DNA from: a virus
Taxonomy: Duplodnaviria > Heunggongvirae > Uroviricota > Caudoviricetes
Virus record (IMG/VR): IMGVR_UViG_3300043436_003321
Span: 26,530-90,529 of that record
Length of the DNA stretch: 64,000 bases
Strand: one strand, 5' to 3'
Positions within the stretch are counted from its first letter, which is position 1. Every line of letters starts with the position of its first letter. Below, piece after piece: positions 63,751-64,000 of the stretch. The notes below the pieces were generated by a model. The model was given only the letters and a program-made list of their open reading frames with translations. It did not search any database and had not been told where the DNA came from. Both the position numbers and the translations under genes were made by a program.

Positions 63751-64000
63751 TTCTGCACCGCGGTAAATCGTTTCATCCAGTCCGAATGAATTGACTTTTG
63801 ACCCAAACCAGAAACTCTGAAGTGTGTTACTCTCATAGATTTTTGATTGGTGTATTGTTCTATGTAAATTTCGCCGTTTTCATCTTCAACAAGTTCTATG
63901 GTTCTTTCTTCAATACCATCTACGAGTGCTGGATATACTAGATTAAATGTTGGGTGTGGCCAATCCCTAGTGTCTCCGGGTTTTTCTATTAGATAGAGTT
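63748..64000 (-). CDS. hypothetical protein (partial; start is beyond the window end)
   Basis: Open minus-strand frame from the window edge, ending ...DWMKRFTAVQK* with its stop overlapping the next ATG. Confidence 0.35.

Noticed and set aside
1-64000. CRISPR arrays, tRNA genes, transposases/IS elements, integrases
   Set aside because: No repeat-spacer periodicity, no cloverleaf-compatible segments found by eye, and no DDE/tyrosine-recombinase motifs in any ORF.

Overview
This 64-kb window looks like a contiguous piece of an AT-rich, T4-like (Tevenvirinae-type) myovirus genome, not a bacterial chromosome. It has the T4 hallmark genes gp32, gp59, RNase H, gp25, gp6, gp5, gp53, gp4 and a PAAR protein. 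It uses T4-style late promoters (TATAAATA) and at least 15 copies of a conserved sigma70-like early promoter.

Layout:
- 1-27.4 kb, minus strand: baseplate and tail-fibre module. It includes a 1836-aa tail fibre with four tandem 43-aa repeats and a C-terminal S74 intramolecular-chaperone domain, an 1890-aa structural protein, gp7/gp6/gp25-like wedge proteins, a virion protein with a C-terminal M15 peptidase, a gp5-like spike with an SLT-like domain, and hub proteins.
- 27.4-31.8 kb, plus strand: late operon of gp4-like, gp53-like, tube-like, hub and gp29-like tape-measure genes. It is driven by divergent TATAAATA promoters and ends in a bidirectional terminator.
- 31.9-34.3 kb, minus strand: gp32 ssDNA-binding protein, gp59 helicase loader and a gp33-like protein.
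- 34.3-42.4 kb, minus strand: a host-like cargo island carrying:
  - pstS;
  - a small secreted OMP-like protein;
  - a circularly permuted two-piece tmRNA gene (tag ANDNFAPQAYALAA);
  - a signal-peptide SleB-type cell-wall hydrolase;
  - a late-promoter-driven operon of two BhlA-like holin paralogs, csgF, csgG, a curlin-repeat protein, a FecR-like protein and a CHASE2 adenylate/guanylate cyclase.
- 42.9-64 kb, minus strand: early region of many small genes. Recognisable products are phoH, mazG, glutaredoxin, two HAD phosphatases, an SPFH/prohibitin protein, a GT-B glycosyltransferase, RNase H, a PD-(D/E)XK nuclease and PAAR.

The curli-secretion/cyclase operon and the phage-borne permuted tmRNA are the most unusual content. 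No tRNA, CRISPR array, integrase or transposon was seen. All product calls rest on motifs I recognise by eye. No database search was run.
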